Shown: piece by piece, positions 27,644 to 37,540 of the stretch
Layout of the letters: each line of letters starts with the position of its first letter
Position numbering within the stretch: position 1 is the first letter of the stretch
Assembly: GCA_910586455.1 (NCBI GenBank)
Contig: CAJUHX010000003.1
Location: 1,190 to 65,189 of the forward strand
DNA from: an uncultured Muribaculaceae bacterium
GTDB taxonomy: Bacteria; Bacteroidota; Bacteroidia; Bacteroidales; Muribaculaceae
DNA length: 64,000 bases
Direction of reading: 5' to 3'
The notes under the pieces: generated by a model
Told to the model about the DNA's origin: nothing
Database searches by the model: none
The model's input: only the letters and a program-made list of their open reading frames with translations
Made by a program: the position numbers and the translations under genes

Positions 27644-28972
27644 ATGAAAAAAATAGCGTTTGCACTTCTGTTTTCACTCGTCGCCGTTAGTGCGGCGGCC
27701 CAGGCCCTTTATTTCAACTCGGCCGTAGTGGAAGAGGTCGACACGGTTCCGGCGTTCAATCCGGCCGACACCATCACCGTCGACCCTCTGCCCGTACAGT
27801 TCTTCATGCCCATGGTTTTCGACCATTACGATTTTTATGACCCCGCGGTTATAGCCACGCCCGACACCACCTCCACCGCAATATTTCCGGCACCGGGAAG
27901 CAAAAAACCGTTTACCAAAGTGCGGATTCCCGATTGGCTGCGCCGGGCCAACAATACCGCGCGCCTGGCCAATCAGCTGAGCTATCACCTGCTGTACGAT
28001 TCGCCCGAGATTGTGCGCTACACCCGCGCCTCACTGCCGGACGCCCCCAAGATGTACCACACCGTGGTCGACCCCAGCACACTGCGCTTCGACATCCGCC
28101 AGTTTGAAGGCGACCTGGTAGCCGATGCCGAAATCAAGGCCGTGAATCTGCGCAAACGCCACTGGATAAACTCATTCTCGGCATCACTTCAGTTCAGCCA
28201 GGCATACGTATCGCCCAACTGGTATCAGGGCGGCAACAGCAACCTAACAGCCATAGGTCAGCTGAACTGGGACCTGAAACTCAACCAGAAGTATCATCCC
28301 AACCTGCTCTTTGAGGTACACGCCCAGTATAAACTCGGCACGAACAGCGCCCCGGACGACTCGCTGCACGCCTACAACATCAGCGAGGACCTGTTTCAGT
28401 TCAACTCAACCTTTGGTCTGAAAGCGGCCAAACGCTGGTACTACTCGCTCACCACACAATTCAAGACCCAGCTGCTGAACTCATACGAAAGCAACAGCAA
28501 CACCACCCGCGCCGCCTTCCTGTCGCCGGGCGAACTCAACCTCGGTCTTGGTATGACTTACAACTATGCCAACTCCAAAGGCTCATTCTCATTCGACTCC
28601 TCGATATCGCCTCTGAGCTACAATCTGCGCACATGCACCAACGACAAGGTCAATGCCGCTGCATACGATATCCCCGAGGGGCGGCAAACCAAGAGCAAAT
28701 TCGGTTCGAGCGGCGAATGTAAGCTTAAATGGAAAATCGCCTACAATATAAGTTTTTCGTCGCGACTGTTCGCCTTTACCGACTACGACCGCTTTGAGGC
28801 AGACTGGGAAAACACGCTGCTGTTTGAAATCAACCGCTTCCTTACCACACAGATATACGCCCACGCCCGCTACGACACAGCCACGCAGCCGTGCGACGAC
28901 CCGGGATGGCACAAACTGCAGGTAAAGGAAATACTGTCAATTGGTTTCTCATACCGCTTCGCCAACAGCTGA
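27644..28972 (+). CDS. DUF3078 outer membrane protein
   Basis: QFSQAYVSPNWYQGG, AFLSPG and KEILSIGFSYRF motifs. Confidence 0.82.
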   Translation: MKKIAFALLFSLVAVSAAAQALYFNSAVVEEVDTVPAFNPADTITVDPLPVQFFMPMVFDHYDFYDPAVIATPDTTSTAIFPAPGSKKPFTKVRIPDWLRRANNTARLANQLSYHLLYDSPEIVRYTRASLPDAPKMYHTVVDPSTLRFDIRQFEGDLVADAEIKAVNLRKRHWINSFSASLQFSQAYVSPNWYQGGNSNLTAIGQLNWDLKLNQKYHPNLLFEVHAQYKLGTNSAPDDSLHAYNISEDLFQFNSTFGLKAAKRWYYSLTTQFKTQLLNSYESNSNTTRAAFLSPGELNLGLGMTYNYANSKGSFSFDSSISPLSYNLRTCTNDKVNAAAYDIPEGRQTKSKFGSSGECKLKWKIAYNISFSSRLFAFTDYDRFEADWENTLLFEINRFLTTQIYAHARYDTATQPCDDPGWHKLQVKEILSIGFSYRFANS

Positions 28973-28974
28973 CA

Positions 28975-29511
28975 ATGCGCCGCCCTGTTGCCACAATCAT
29001 GCTTGCCTTACTTGCCGTCGGTCTGTTCCGCGCCTCAGCCGGAAACCGGGTCGACAGCCTGCTGAGTGTGATTGACCGCGGCAACTGCCAGGCCATCGAA
29101 GGTGTATGGCGCCTTACCGCGTCGCCCGAAACTGTTATTGCCATAAGCTCCTGCGGGGCGCCGGACAGCCGCTTCGACATCTGGCTGCTCGATTCGCCCG
29201 ACTATCGTGTGGAACCTTGCGTGCATATAGGGCAAGCCACCGAAGGCGCGCGTCGCGGCAGCTACGACCTCACCATGTGCGAGCAGCCCGGCAAACTGCC
29301 GGTGCGCAAGCACTCGTTCATAGCCGAATTTGAAAACGGCGACAGCGGACGGCTGATACTCAAGGCCTACAAGCGAGGCAAACGCATAAGTGTGTGGCGC
29401 TGGCTGCCGTACATGTTTCGTGTAACGGTAATCGACCGGACAAACCGCCCTACCGACCACGACGGACTGGTACGGATATATCCTGGCCCTGGAGGCAGGC
29501 TCGACTTATGA
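28975..29511 (+). CDS. Hypothetical secreted protein
   Basis: Signal peptide; IEGVW motif; fills the operon between its neighbours. Confidence 0.6.
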   Translation: MRRPVATIMLALLAVGLFRASAGNRVDSLLSVIDRGNCQAIEGVWRLTASPETVIAISSCGAPDSRFDIWLLDSPDYRVEPCVHIGQATEGARRGSYDLTMCEQPGKLPVRKHSFIAEFENGDSGRLILKAYKRGKRISVWRWLPYMFRVTVIDRTNRPTDHDGLVRIYPGPGGRLDL

Positions 29512-29981
29512 AACGCCTGCTGCTCATACTTACAGCCGCCGCATGCACGGCCACTACACTCTGCGCCCAGAATACCTGGCGTGGCAAGCGTCGCATGCCT
29601 GTGCCCCGAAGCTCCATTGCTGCCTCAGCCGCGCCAATGATGCCGTGCGACAGCGGTAGAGTGTCGGCAGCCGGATTCGAAAAGACTCTTCGCAGCACCA
29701 CCGAGTCACTGTTCCTTACCAACCACAGCGCCGATACCATAGAACGTGTGCTGCTGCACATAGAGTATCTCGACACCTCCGGGCGACAGCTTCACAGCCG
29801 CCGCGAATACATAGGCGTGAACCTGCCGCCTGCATCCACACGCAAGGTGGATATAAAATCGTTCGACCGTCAGGGCGTTTTCTATTATCATCTGTCGGGG
29901 CGCCCACGCACACGGGCCAACGCCACACCGTTCGAAGTGCGTCTGAGTGTCGACAGCATATCACCATATAAATCAGAATAA
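29508..29981 (+). CDS. Hypothetical secreted protein (FxLYD-like Ig fold)
   Basis: ATGA overlap; IEYLDTSGRQLH and SFDRQGVFYY motifs. Confidence 0.6.
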   Translation: MKRLLLILTAAACTATTLCAQNTWRGKRRMPVPRSSIAASAAPMMPCDSGRVSAAGFEKTLRSTTESLFLTNHSADTIERVLLHIEYLDTSGRQLHSRREYIGVNLPPASTRKVDIKSFDRQGVFYYHLSGRPRTRANATPFEVRLSVDSISPYKSE

Positions 29982-29985
29982 ACTA

Positions 29986-30651
29986 ATGAAAATAGCTATC
30001 ATAGTGGCCATGGACAAGGAACTGGCCCTTATACTTCCACGCCTTACCGAGGCCCGTACAGTAAAAGTCAACGGTTTCACATTCCACAGCGGCAAAATGG
30101 GCTCGCGCGAGGTGATTGTAGGCAAATGCGGCATAGGCAAAGTGAACGCCGCCGTCAACGCCCTCACGCTCATCGAGCAATTCAGGCCCTCGGTGGTAAT
30201 CAACACCGGCGTGGCCGGAGGCACCGGCGCAGCGCGTGTAGGCGATGTAGTGGTGGCCGACCGCATAGCCTATCACGACGTATGGTGCGGACCCGATACA
30301 ATACACGGCCAGGCCGCCGGCTGTCCGCGCCTATTTATCAGCACTTTCTCCGACAACATCTTCGAAGGCCTGCACATACGCCGCGGACTGGTTGCCTCGG
30401 GCGACATATTCGTGTCGAAACCTTCCGAGGTACGTCACATACTCGACCTATATCCCGACGCGGTGGCAGTGGACATGGAATCGGCCGCAATTGCCCATGT
30501 ATGCCATCTGAAGCAGGTGTCGTTTCTTTGTGTTCGCGTAGTAAGCGACACCCCCGGAGGCGAAGACAACATATTGCAGTACGAAAACTTCTGGCAGGAT
30601 GCCCCGCAGCATACATTCGAAGTAATCGATGCCGTTGTGGCAAGACTGTAA
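29986..30651 (+). CDS. mtnN: 5'-methylthioadenosine/SAH nucleosidase
   Basis: IIVAMDKE, GIGKVNAA, NTGVAGG, DMESAAIA and VSD motifs. Confidence 0.95.
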   Translation: MKIAIIVAMDKELALILPRLTEARTVKVNGFTFHSGKMGSREVIVGKCGIGKVNAAVNALTLIEQFRPSVVINTGVAGGTGAARVGDVVVADRIAYHDVWCGPDTIHGQAAGCPRLFISTFSDNIFEGLHIRRGLVASGDIFVSKPSEVRHILDLYPDAVAVDMESAAIAHVCHLKQVSFLCVRVVSDTPGGEDNILQYENFWQDAPQHTFEVIDAVVARL

Positions 30652-31299
30652 ATGAAAGACATAACGGTACGCAAAGGCCGGCGCCACATACTCGACCTGG
30701 TAGCACAGGGCGAGCATGAGCGTCAGGACTTCAAGTTTCTCATATCCGATGCCCGCAAAATAGCCCGCAGCATATCGGCCTTCGCCAACCACAGCGGAGG
30801 CTGTCTGCTCATAGGTATCAAAGACAACGGCGTAGTGGCCGGCGTGCGCAACGAAGAAGACATCTACGTAGTCGAACAGGCCGCCGAACTCTATTGCTCG
30901 CCGCCGCAACAGGTTGAATTCGAGGCTTACAGTGTCGACACCGGCGTGGTGGTGATAAAAGCATTGATTACGAAGGCAACCACACGCCCTGTGGCCGTGC
31001 TCGAAGCCGATGGCCACAGCAGAGTGTACTATAGAGTAAACGACGAAAACATAGTGGCGCATCCGCTTATGGTAAGCGCCTGGGCTGAAGCCGAAAAAGG
31101 AGGCACATTCCTAAGTTTCAGCAACATAGAAAGCCAACTGATAAATCTGCTCGCCGACCGCAGCCTGAGTTCGCGCCAACTGGCGCTGGAACTGCACTGC
31201 TCGCAAAGCATGGCCGACGACCTGGTGGTGCGGCTGGCCTCGGCCGGAGTACTTAAGTTTGTGTACGAGCACGGCGAGTTCCGCATCAGCGCAGTATAG
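30652..31299 (+). CDS. Schlafen/AlbA_2 domain protein with C-terminal wHTH
   Basis: GEHERQDFK and SAFANHSGGCLLIGIKDNG motifs. Confidence 0.82.
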   Translation: MKDITVRKGRRHILDLVAQGEHERQDFKFLISDARKIARSISAFANHSGGCLLIGIKDNGVVAGVRNEEDIYVVEQAAELYCSPPQQVEFEAYSVDTGVVVIKALITKATTRPVAVLEADGHSRVYYRVNDENIVAHPLMVSAWAEAEKGGTFLSFSNIESQLINLLADRSLSSRQLALELHCSQSMADDLVVRLASAGVLKFVYEHGEFRISAV

Positions 31300-31371
31300 A
31301 GCAAACGAACAAATTATTTGCCATATCAGACATAATCACATAAAATATTTTTTGTATATTTGCAACTTGAT

Positions 31372-32802
31372 ATGGACGATTCGCTTCAATTACAACAGAA
31401 CATCGGTCTGCGTCAGCGCCTGGCTCCTCAACAGGTGATTTTCGGACGCTTCCTCGAGATGACAGCCCCTGAACTCGAGGACGAGGTGCGTCGTGCCCTT
31501 GACGAAAACCCTGCGCTCGAAGAACGCGAATATTCCGACTCCCGGCCCGATGATGCCGAAGACTTCTGCGAAACTGCCGAAGAACTGCAGCGGGCCGACT
31601 ACCGCGACGACGACGATGTGCCCAACTACCGCTATAACGCCGGCAATCGCAGTGCCGACGACGAATATCTGGAACCGCTGGTAGTCGACGACCTGCACAC
31701 CATAATCGACGTGCTCGAGAACCAGCTGGGCGACTTCGACCTCAGCGATTCCGACCGCGAGATTGCCCGATACATAATAGGCAATATCGACGATAACGGC
31801 TACCTTGGACGCCCGTTCGCCTCGATTGCCGACGACGTAAGCATAGCCACCGGAATCGAAACAAGTACCGCACACGTACGCGCCGTTGCCGATGTAATCC
31901 GCTCAATGGACCCCGCCGGCGTGTGTGCGGTTGACCTGCGCGACTGCCTGCTGCTGCAGTTGCGGCGCATGAAAGACAGCGAGGCGGTGCGCGATGCCGC
32001 CACTATTGTACGCGACTATTTCGACCTGTTCAGCAAACGACATTACGACCGCCTTTCGTCACGCGCACGCCTGAGCGATACGCGCCTGAGGAAAGCCCTC
32101 GACATAATTCAAGGCCTCAACCCCAAGCCCGGAGCACTGATAGAGCAAAGCAACTCGGGCGACCGGATGCGCCATATCATACCTGACTTCAATGTTGAAA
32201 TCGAGCCTTCAGGCCGCGCTTCGGTAAGCCTCAACGGGCATCTGCCGGAGCTGGCCATTGCCGAGTCGTTTGTGCCCGACGAGAACGCCGCCTTGCCCGA
32301 CCGACGCAACCGCGAGGCAAGGGCATTCATTCGCGCCCGCCACGACGAAGCCCAGCAGCTCATCCGCATGGTAAACTCACGGGCCGAAACCCTCATGGCA
32401 GTGATGAAAGCCATAGTATCGCTGCAGTTGCGCTTTTTCGAAAGCGGCAATACTGCCGACATAAAGCCTATGATACTCAAAGATGTAGCCGAACTGACCG
32501 GATACGACCTCTCGGTAATATCTCGCGCTACGGCCGGAAAATATGTGGCCACGCCCAACGGGGTATTCCAGCTGAAAATGCTATTCAACGAACGGCGCAA
32601 GGAAGACTCCGATACCTCGGCACACGAAATTCTGGACGTAATATCCAACATGATAGCCGAGGAAGACAAGCACCGTCCCCTCACCGACGAGGCCATAAAA
32701 GACCGGCTCACCACTCTGGGCTACGACATTGCCAGACGCACCGTGGCCAAATATCGCGAACAACTCGACCTGCCCGTGGCACGCCTGCGGCGCACTCTCT
32801 GA
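31372..32802 (+). CDS. rpoN: RNA polymerase sigma-54
   Basis: LDENPALE motif and the RpoN box ARRTVAKYRE. Confidence 0.97.
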   Translation: MDDSLQLQQNIGLRQRLAPQQVIFGRFLEMTAPELEDEVRRALDENPALEEREYSDSRPDDAEDFCETAEELQRADYRDDDDVPNYRYNAGNRSADDEYLEPLVVDDLHTIIDVLENQLGDFDLSDSDREIARYIIGNIDDNGYLGRPFASIADDVSIATGIETSTAHVRAVADVIRSMDPAGVCAVDLRDCLLLQLRRMKDSEAVRDAATIVRDYFDLFSKRHYDRLSSRARLSDTRLRKALDIIQGLNPKPGALIEQSNSGDRMRHIIPDFNVEIEPSGRASVSLNGHLPELAIAESFVPDENAALPDRRNREARAFIRARHDEAQQLIRMVNSRAETLMAVMKAIVSLQLRFFESGNTADIKPMILKDVAELTGYDLSVISRATAGKYVATPNGVFQLKMLFNERRKEDSDTSAHEILDVISNMIAEEDKHRPLTDEAIKDRLTTLGYDIARRTVAKYREQLDLPVARLRRTL

Positions 32803-32817
32803 CAAAACAGACCCTAT

Positions 32818-33453
32818 ATGGAAAATCAAAAAACAAACAGCAACGGAATAACACGTACAGCGCAGATTATAAGCGATGTACTATCGCCGCTGCTTATACC
32901 CACCTACGCATATACCGTGATGATGTGGCTTACACCGCTGGTGATACTGCCCGAGCGCACCCGCCTGATAACCATGGCCGTGGTGGCGCTGCTGACCGCC
33001 GTGCTGCCCACTGCCGCCATACTCGCCCTCAAAAGCCTTGGCCGCATATCCGACAATGCCATAAGCAGCCGCAACGAGCGCATGATACCGTTTGCCCTGG
33101 CTCTGGGATGCTATCTGGGCGCCTGCTGGTATCTCAACAGTATCCACGCCCCCTGGTGGGTAAGCCGCTTCTTTCTGGGAGCAGGTCTGGCAGTGGCCAT
33201 AGCCACGGTGGTGACACTGAAGTGGAAAATCAGCGCGCATGCCACAGCAATCGCCGGCATGACGGGCATGATAATATGGCTTGCCTTCCGCCACCTGCTG
33301 CTGTTGCAGCCCATGGTAGTGATTACGGTGTCGATAATGCTGTGCGGCATAGTAAGTTCAAGCCGTCTGGTTCTCCACCGTCATACTTTCGCTCAGGTAG
33401 GCGCCGGTTTTGCGCTGGGGCTGCTGTGCGTGGTGGCAGTAATGCTATTTTAA
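32818..33453 (+). CDS. PAP2-like membrane protein
   Basis: Six TM helices; WKISAH and SSRLVLHRHT motifs. Confidence 0.75.
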   Translation: MENQKTNSNGITRTAQIISDVLSPLLIPTYAYTVMMWLTPLVILPERTRLITMAVVALLTAVLPTAAILALKSLGRISDNAISSRNERMIPFALALGCYLGACWYLNSIHAPWWVSRFFLGAGLAVAIATVVTLKWKISAHATAIAGMTGMIIWLAFRHLLLLQPMVVITVSIMLCGIVSSSRLVLHRHTFAQVGAGFALGLLCVVAVMLF

Positions 33454-33481
33454 ATTTTGAAATCCGTAATATCAAAAATAT

Positions 33482-33991
33482 ATGAATCCTACCGTAAGTA
33501 TCATAATGGGCAGCACCTCCGACCTGCCCGTGCTGCGTAAAGCCGCCGACTTCCTCGAGCAGATGGAAGTTCCGTTTGAACTTTGCGCCCTGAGCGCGCA
33601 CCGCACCCCGCGCGCCGTAGAGAGCTACGCCACCGAAGCCGCAGGCCGCGGCATAAAGGTGATTATTGCTGCCGCAGGTATGGCCGCCGCTCTGCCTGGC
33701 GTGATAGCCGCACTCACTCCACTGCCCGTAATAGGTCTGCCCATCGACTCCACCCTTCAGGGCCAGGACGCCCTGCTGTCGATTGTACAGATGCCCCCCG
33801 GCATTCCCGTAGCTACCGTAGGAATCAATGCCGGACTCAACGCAGCAGTGCTTGCAGTGCGCATGCTGGCCCTGTCCGACATGGAACTGCTTTCGCGCTA
33901 CGACGCCTACAGCCGCAGCCTTACCCGGAAAATCGAGAAGGCCAACGCCGACCTCGCTCTAATCAAGGACTACAAATTCAAGACCAATTGA
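33482..33991 (+). CDS. purE: N5-CAIR mutase
   Basis: IIMGSTSD, SAHRTP and QMPPGIPVATV motifs. Confidence 0.97.
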   Translation: MNPTVSIIMGSTSDLPVLRKAADFLEQMEVPFELCALSAHRTPRAVESYATEAAGRGIKVIIAAAGMAAALPGVIAALTPLPVIGLPIDSTLQGQDALLSIVQMPPGIPVATVGINAGLNAAVLAVRMLALSDMELLSRYDAYSRSLTRKIEKANADLALIKDYKFKTN

Positions 33992-35490
33992 AAACCGGAC
34001 TGATAAAGCGCCGCCACACTATAAGTGTAAAGGTGGGCAATGTTGAGATTGGCAGTGAGCATCCGCTGCGCCTGCAGTCGATGACCAACACAGCCACCCT
34101 CGACGTAGAGGCATCCGCAGCCCAATGCCGGCGAATAGCCGAAGCCGGAGCCGACATAGTGCGCCTCACCGCACAAGGGGTGAGCCATGCACGTGCCCTG
34201 GGCGAGATTCGCAGCAAGCTGCGTGCCGCAGGCTGCGACATTCCGTTGGTAGCCGACATACATTTCAACCCGGCTGCCGCCTTTGCAGCTGCCGAAGAAG
34301 TTGAGAAAGTGCGCATCAACCCCGGCAACTTCGCCGACCCGGGCCGCACATTCAAGAAACTCGAGTACACCGACGAAGAATACGCCGCCGAAATCGAACG
34401 CATACGCTGCGCCCTGCTGCCCTTTATCGAACTCTGCCGCAGCCGCGGCACCGCCATACGCCTGGGCGTGAATCACGGTTCGCTCTCCGACCGCATCATG
34501 AGCCGCTTTGGCGACACTCCCGCCGGTATGGTCGAATCGGCCATGGAATACCTGCGCATATGCCGCGACGCCGATTTCGTTCAGGTAATTATCTCAATCA
34601 AGGCCTCCAACGTGCTGGTGATGGTCGAAACCGTACGCCTTCTGGTTCGCGCCATGGATGCCGAAGACATGCACTTTCCGCTCCACCTCGGAGTAACCGA
34701 GGCCGGCGACGGCGAGGATGGCCGCATAAAATCGGCTGTCGGCATAGGTACCCTGCTCTGCGAAGGCATCGGCGACACCATTAGAGTATCGCTGTCCGAA
34801 GCGCCGGAGGCTGAGCTGCCCGTGGCCCGCATGCTTGCCGACCACTGCAGCCGCCGCCTCGCCAATGAGCAATATATGCCACAGGGCCGCTGCGACAATC
34901 CCACACAACCTTTGGTGGCCGGACTCGAAGACATTCCTGCCAACTACCACGTGTGCGATGTGCCCCTGAACGGTCCTCTGCCGGAAGGCAAAGTGCTGCT
35001 GCGGGCCATATATCCGGCCTCGATGAGCGCCGACGAGGTAACGGTGGCTGCCGCCGTCGACCTCGGCCGCCTGTTGCTCGACGGATACGGCGATGCCATT
35101 GAAATCCAAGCCCCCGCCCTCGACAGCGCTCGCATCCAATCGCTGGCCTTAGGAATACTTCAGGCCACTCGCAGGCGCATAAGCCGCACCGAGTACATAG
35201 CATGTCCTGGCTGCGGCCGTACACTGTTCGACCTTCAGGCCACTCTGGCACGGGTCAAAGAAGCTACCGGCCACCTCAAAGGGCTGAAAATAGGCGTGAT
35301 GGGCTGCATTGTAAACGGTCCGGGCGAAATGGCCGACGCCGACTTCGGATATGTTGGCGCCGCCGCCGGATGCATCAGCCTGTACAAAGGCAAGGAATGT
35401 ATCGAACGCAATATTCCAGCCGACGAGGCCCTACCGCGTCTGATTAACCTTATAAAAGCCAACGGCCTCTGGGTTGAACCACAGAAATAA
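33988..35490 (+). CDS. ispG: HMBPP synthase IspG
   Basis: TTG start overlapping the purE stop; QSMTNT, VADIHF, RINPGN, HLGVTEAG, CPGCGRT and GCIVNGPGE motifs. Confidence 0.95.
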   Translation: MKTGLIKRRHTISVKVGNVEIGSEHPLRLQSMTNTATLDVEASAAQCRRIAEAGADIVRLTAQGVSHARALGEIRSKLRAAGCDIPLVADIHFNPAAAFAAAEEVEKVRINPGNFADPGRTFKKLEYTDEEYAAEIERIRCALLPFIELCRSRGTAIRLGVNHGSLSDRIMSRFGDTPAGMVESAMEYLRICRDADFVQVIISIKASNVLVMVETVRLLVRAMDAEDMHFPLHLGVTEAGDGEDGRIKSAVGIGTLLCEGIGDTIRVSLSEAPEAELPVARMLADHCSRRLANEQYMPQGRCDNPTQPLVAGLEDIPANYHVCDVPLNGPLPEGKVLLRAIYPASMSADEVTVAAAVDLGRLLLDGYGDAIEIQAPALDSARIQSLALGILQATRRRISRTEYIACPGCGRTLFDLQATLARVKEATGHLKGLKIGVMGCIVNGPGEMADADFGYVGAAAGCISLYKGKECIERNIPADEALPRLINLIKANGLWVEPQK

Positions 35491-36704
35491 TGTACAACTA
35501 CTTTACTCTAAGCAACGGACTTCAGGTGATACACCGGCGTACACCCGGCGCAGCGGCCGGATACTTCGGCGTGACCGTCCGTGCGGGCAGCCGCGACGAA
35601 CAGGAAGGCTCATTCGGCCTCGCCCACTTTGTGGAGCATACCCTGTTCAAAGGCACCGGTCGCCGTTCGGCCTGGCACATACTCAACCGTATGGAAGCGG
35701 TTGGCGGCGAACTCAACGCCTTTACCTCAAAGGAGGAAACGACAGTGTACACAGCCTTTCCGGCAGCACGGCTCGATCGAGCCGCCGAACTGGTGGCCGA
35801 CCTGCTGCTGAACTCGCGCTTTCCCGCTCCTGAACTGCAACGCGAGCGTGAAGTGGTAGCCGACGAAATAGACTCGTACCTCGACCAGCCCGCCGAAGCC
35901 GTGTTCGACGACTTCGACGACCTGCTCTTCGCCGGCAGCAGCCTTGGACACAATATCCTGGGTACTACCGCCGACCTTGAGCGCTTCGGCAGCGAAGAGT
36001 GCCGCAGCTGGCTCGACCGCTGGTACACCGCCGACAACATGGTGGCCTTTTACAGCGGACCCGCCGGAGCCGACCGCGTGCACGCATGTCTGGAGCGACA
36101 CCTGAGCGCTCTGCCTGCAGGTGCCAGCCCGCATGATATGCCGCAGCTGTGCATCAACCCGCCCTTCGACACCTCGCGCAGTGTAGGCTCGCACCAGAGC
36201 CACACCGTAATAGGCTGCCGAATAGGCGGATTATATTCGCCCGACCGGTTCGCCATGTCGCTGCTGGCCAACATTTTGGGCGGCCCGGGCATGAATTCGT
36301 TGCTGAACGTACAGCTGCGCGAGCGCCGAGGCCTTGTGTATACAGTCGAGGCATCTACCGCACTGTACACCGACTGCGGCGTTATGAGCATATACTACGG
36401 CTGCGACCACCACGACGAACAGCTTTGCCGCCGGCTGGTGCAACAGCAACTCGAGGCCGTGGCTGCCGGAGAAAGCATAAACGAGCGCAAAATGCGTATG
36501 GCCAAAAAACAATATCTGGGCCAGATGCTGCTCAGCGGCGAAAACCGTGAGAACTCCATTCTCGGAGCCGCCAGAGCCACCATGTTCCACGGACGCGCAG
36601 CCGACCGCAACGAAATGCGAAATCACATAGACGAAATAAGCCTCGACAGCCTGTGCCGATGCGCCGAAACTCTGTGTCGAAACTCAAAACTCACCCTGTG
36701 CTGA
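35490..36704 (+). CDS. M16 family zinc peptidase
   Basis: HFVEH (HXXEH) and LNAFT motifs. Confidence 0.93.
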   Translation: MYNYFTLSNGLQVIHRRTPGAAAGYFGVTVRAGSRDEQEGSFGLAHFVEHTLFKGTGRRSAWHILNRMEAVGGELNAFTSKEETTVYTAFPAARLDRAAELVADLLLNSRFPAPELQREREVVADEIDSYLDQPAEAVFDDFDDLLFAGSSLGHNILGTTADLERFGSEECRSWLDRWYTADNMVAFYSGPAGADRVHACLERHLSALPAGASPHDMPQLCINPPFDTSRSVGSHQSHTVIGCRIGGLYSPDRFAMSLLANILGGPGMNSLLNVQLRERRGLVYTVEASTALYTDCGVMSIYYGCDHHDEQLCRRLVQQQLEAVAAGESINERKMRMAKKQYLGQMLLSGENRENSILGAARATMFHGRAADRNEMRNHIDEISLDSLCRCAETLCRNSKLTLC

Positions 36705-36750
36705 TTACAGCCAAAATTCAAATAATCACTTAATAAACAATTTTACACCG

Positions 36751-37539
36751 ATGAAATTTAACCGATTCCTTCTTCCCGCCCTTATGGCAGCTGCCATGTG
36801 CTCGTGTTCAAACGACCCCAAAGATGATCCGGACAACGACTGGATTGTTAACTTCAACTCCGTAACCGCCTTCACCAAGGACGCATACTGGGAGTTCTGC
36901 TACGATAAAGAATACGAAAACTCGCTCACCTTCATCAACTTCGGAGAGGCGGTAAACTTCAGCCACAGCTGCGACGCTACCGAATATGGCGGCGTAACCT
37001 ACTACTCATGGAAAGGTTTCACCCCCAGCTGCGCCACCGACCTGAAGGACTATACCGCCGAAGGTACCTGGATTGCCCACCAGTGGACAGCCATGCCGGG
37101 ACGCGGCGTGAACGGAAGCGATGTGTACATGGTAGGTTTCTGCGACGCCACCGAAACCGCCGACGATGCTCTCACATCGACCTCAACCGTAATCACCTCC
37201 GCCTCAACCAAAACTTTCAGCCCCAAAACCGCATACGTAACCAACACCACCTACGGCTACTACAGCATGAAGAACGGCTCGAATTTTAACAAGGCCTTCA
37301 CCGACACCGACTGGTGCAAACTCACATTCACCGGTGTTGACAACGGCGTGGTAACCGGCGCTGTCGACTTCTATCTGGCCAAGGACGGCGAATATGCCAC
37401 CAAATGGAGCCCCGTTGACCTCACACCCCTGAACAAGTGCGAGAAAATTGTAATCACCATGGAATCGAGCGATACCGGCCAGTTTGGCATGAACAACGCC
37501 TCGTACTTCGCCCTGGGCAGCTTCATCTGGGGATATTAA
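36751..37539 (+). CDS. DUF4465 lipoprotein
   Basis: Lipobox CS-C followed by SNDPKDD; WKGF, YVTNTTY, VDFYLA and SSDTGQFGMN..YF motifs. Confidence 0.78.
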   Translation: MKFNRFLLPALMAAAMCSCSNDPKDDPDNDWIVNFNSVTAFTKDAYWEFCYDKEYENSLTFINFGEAVNFSHSCDATEYGGVTYYSWKGFTPSCATDLKDYTAEGTWIAHQWTAMPGRGVNGSDVYMVGFCDATETADDALTSTSTVITSASTKTFSPKTAYVTNTTYGYYSMKNGSNFNKAFTDTDWCKLTFTGVDNGVVTGAVDFYLAKDGEYATKWSPVDLTPLNKCEKIVITMESSDTGQFGMNNASYFALGSFIWGY

Positions 37540-37540
37540 T

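Noticed and set aside
31303..31310. AAACGAAC resembling Bacteroides invertible-promoter repeats upstream of rpoN
   Set aside because: No inverted partner flanking the promoter
33453..33482. Apparent absence of gcvH between the PAP2-like gene and purE
   Set aside because: Relies on recalled synteny that cannot be verified here; no remnant visible
33583..33987. N-terminal extension of IspG overlapping purE
   Set aside because: Alternate frame of purE; the TTG overlapping the purE stop is the plausible start
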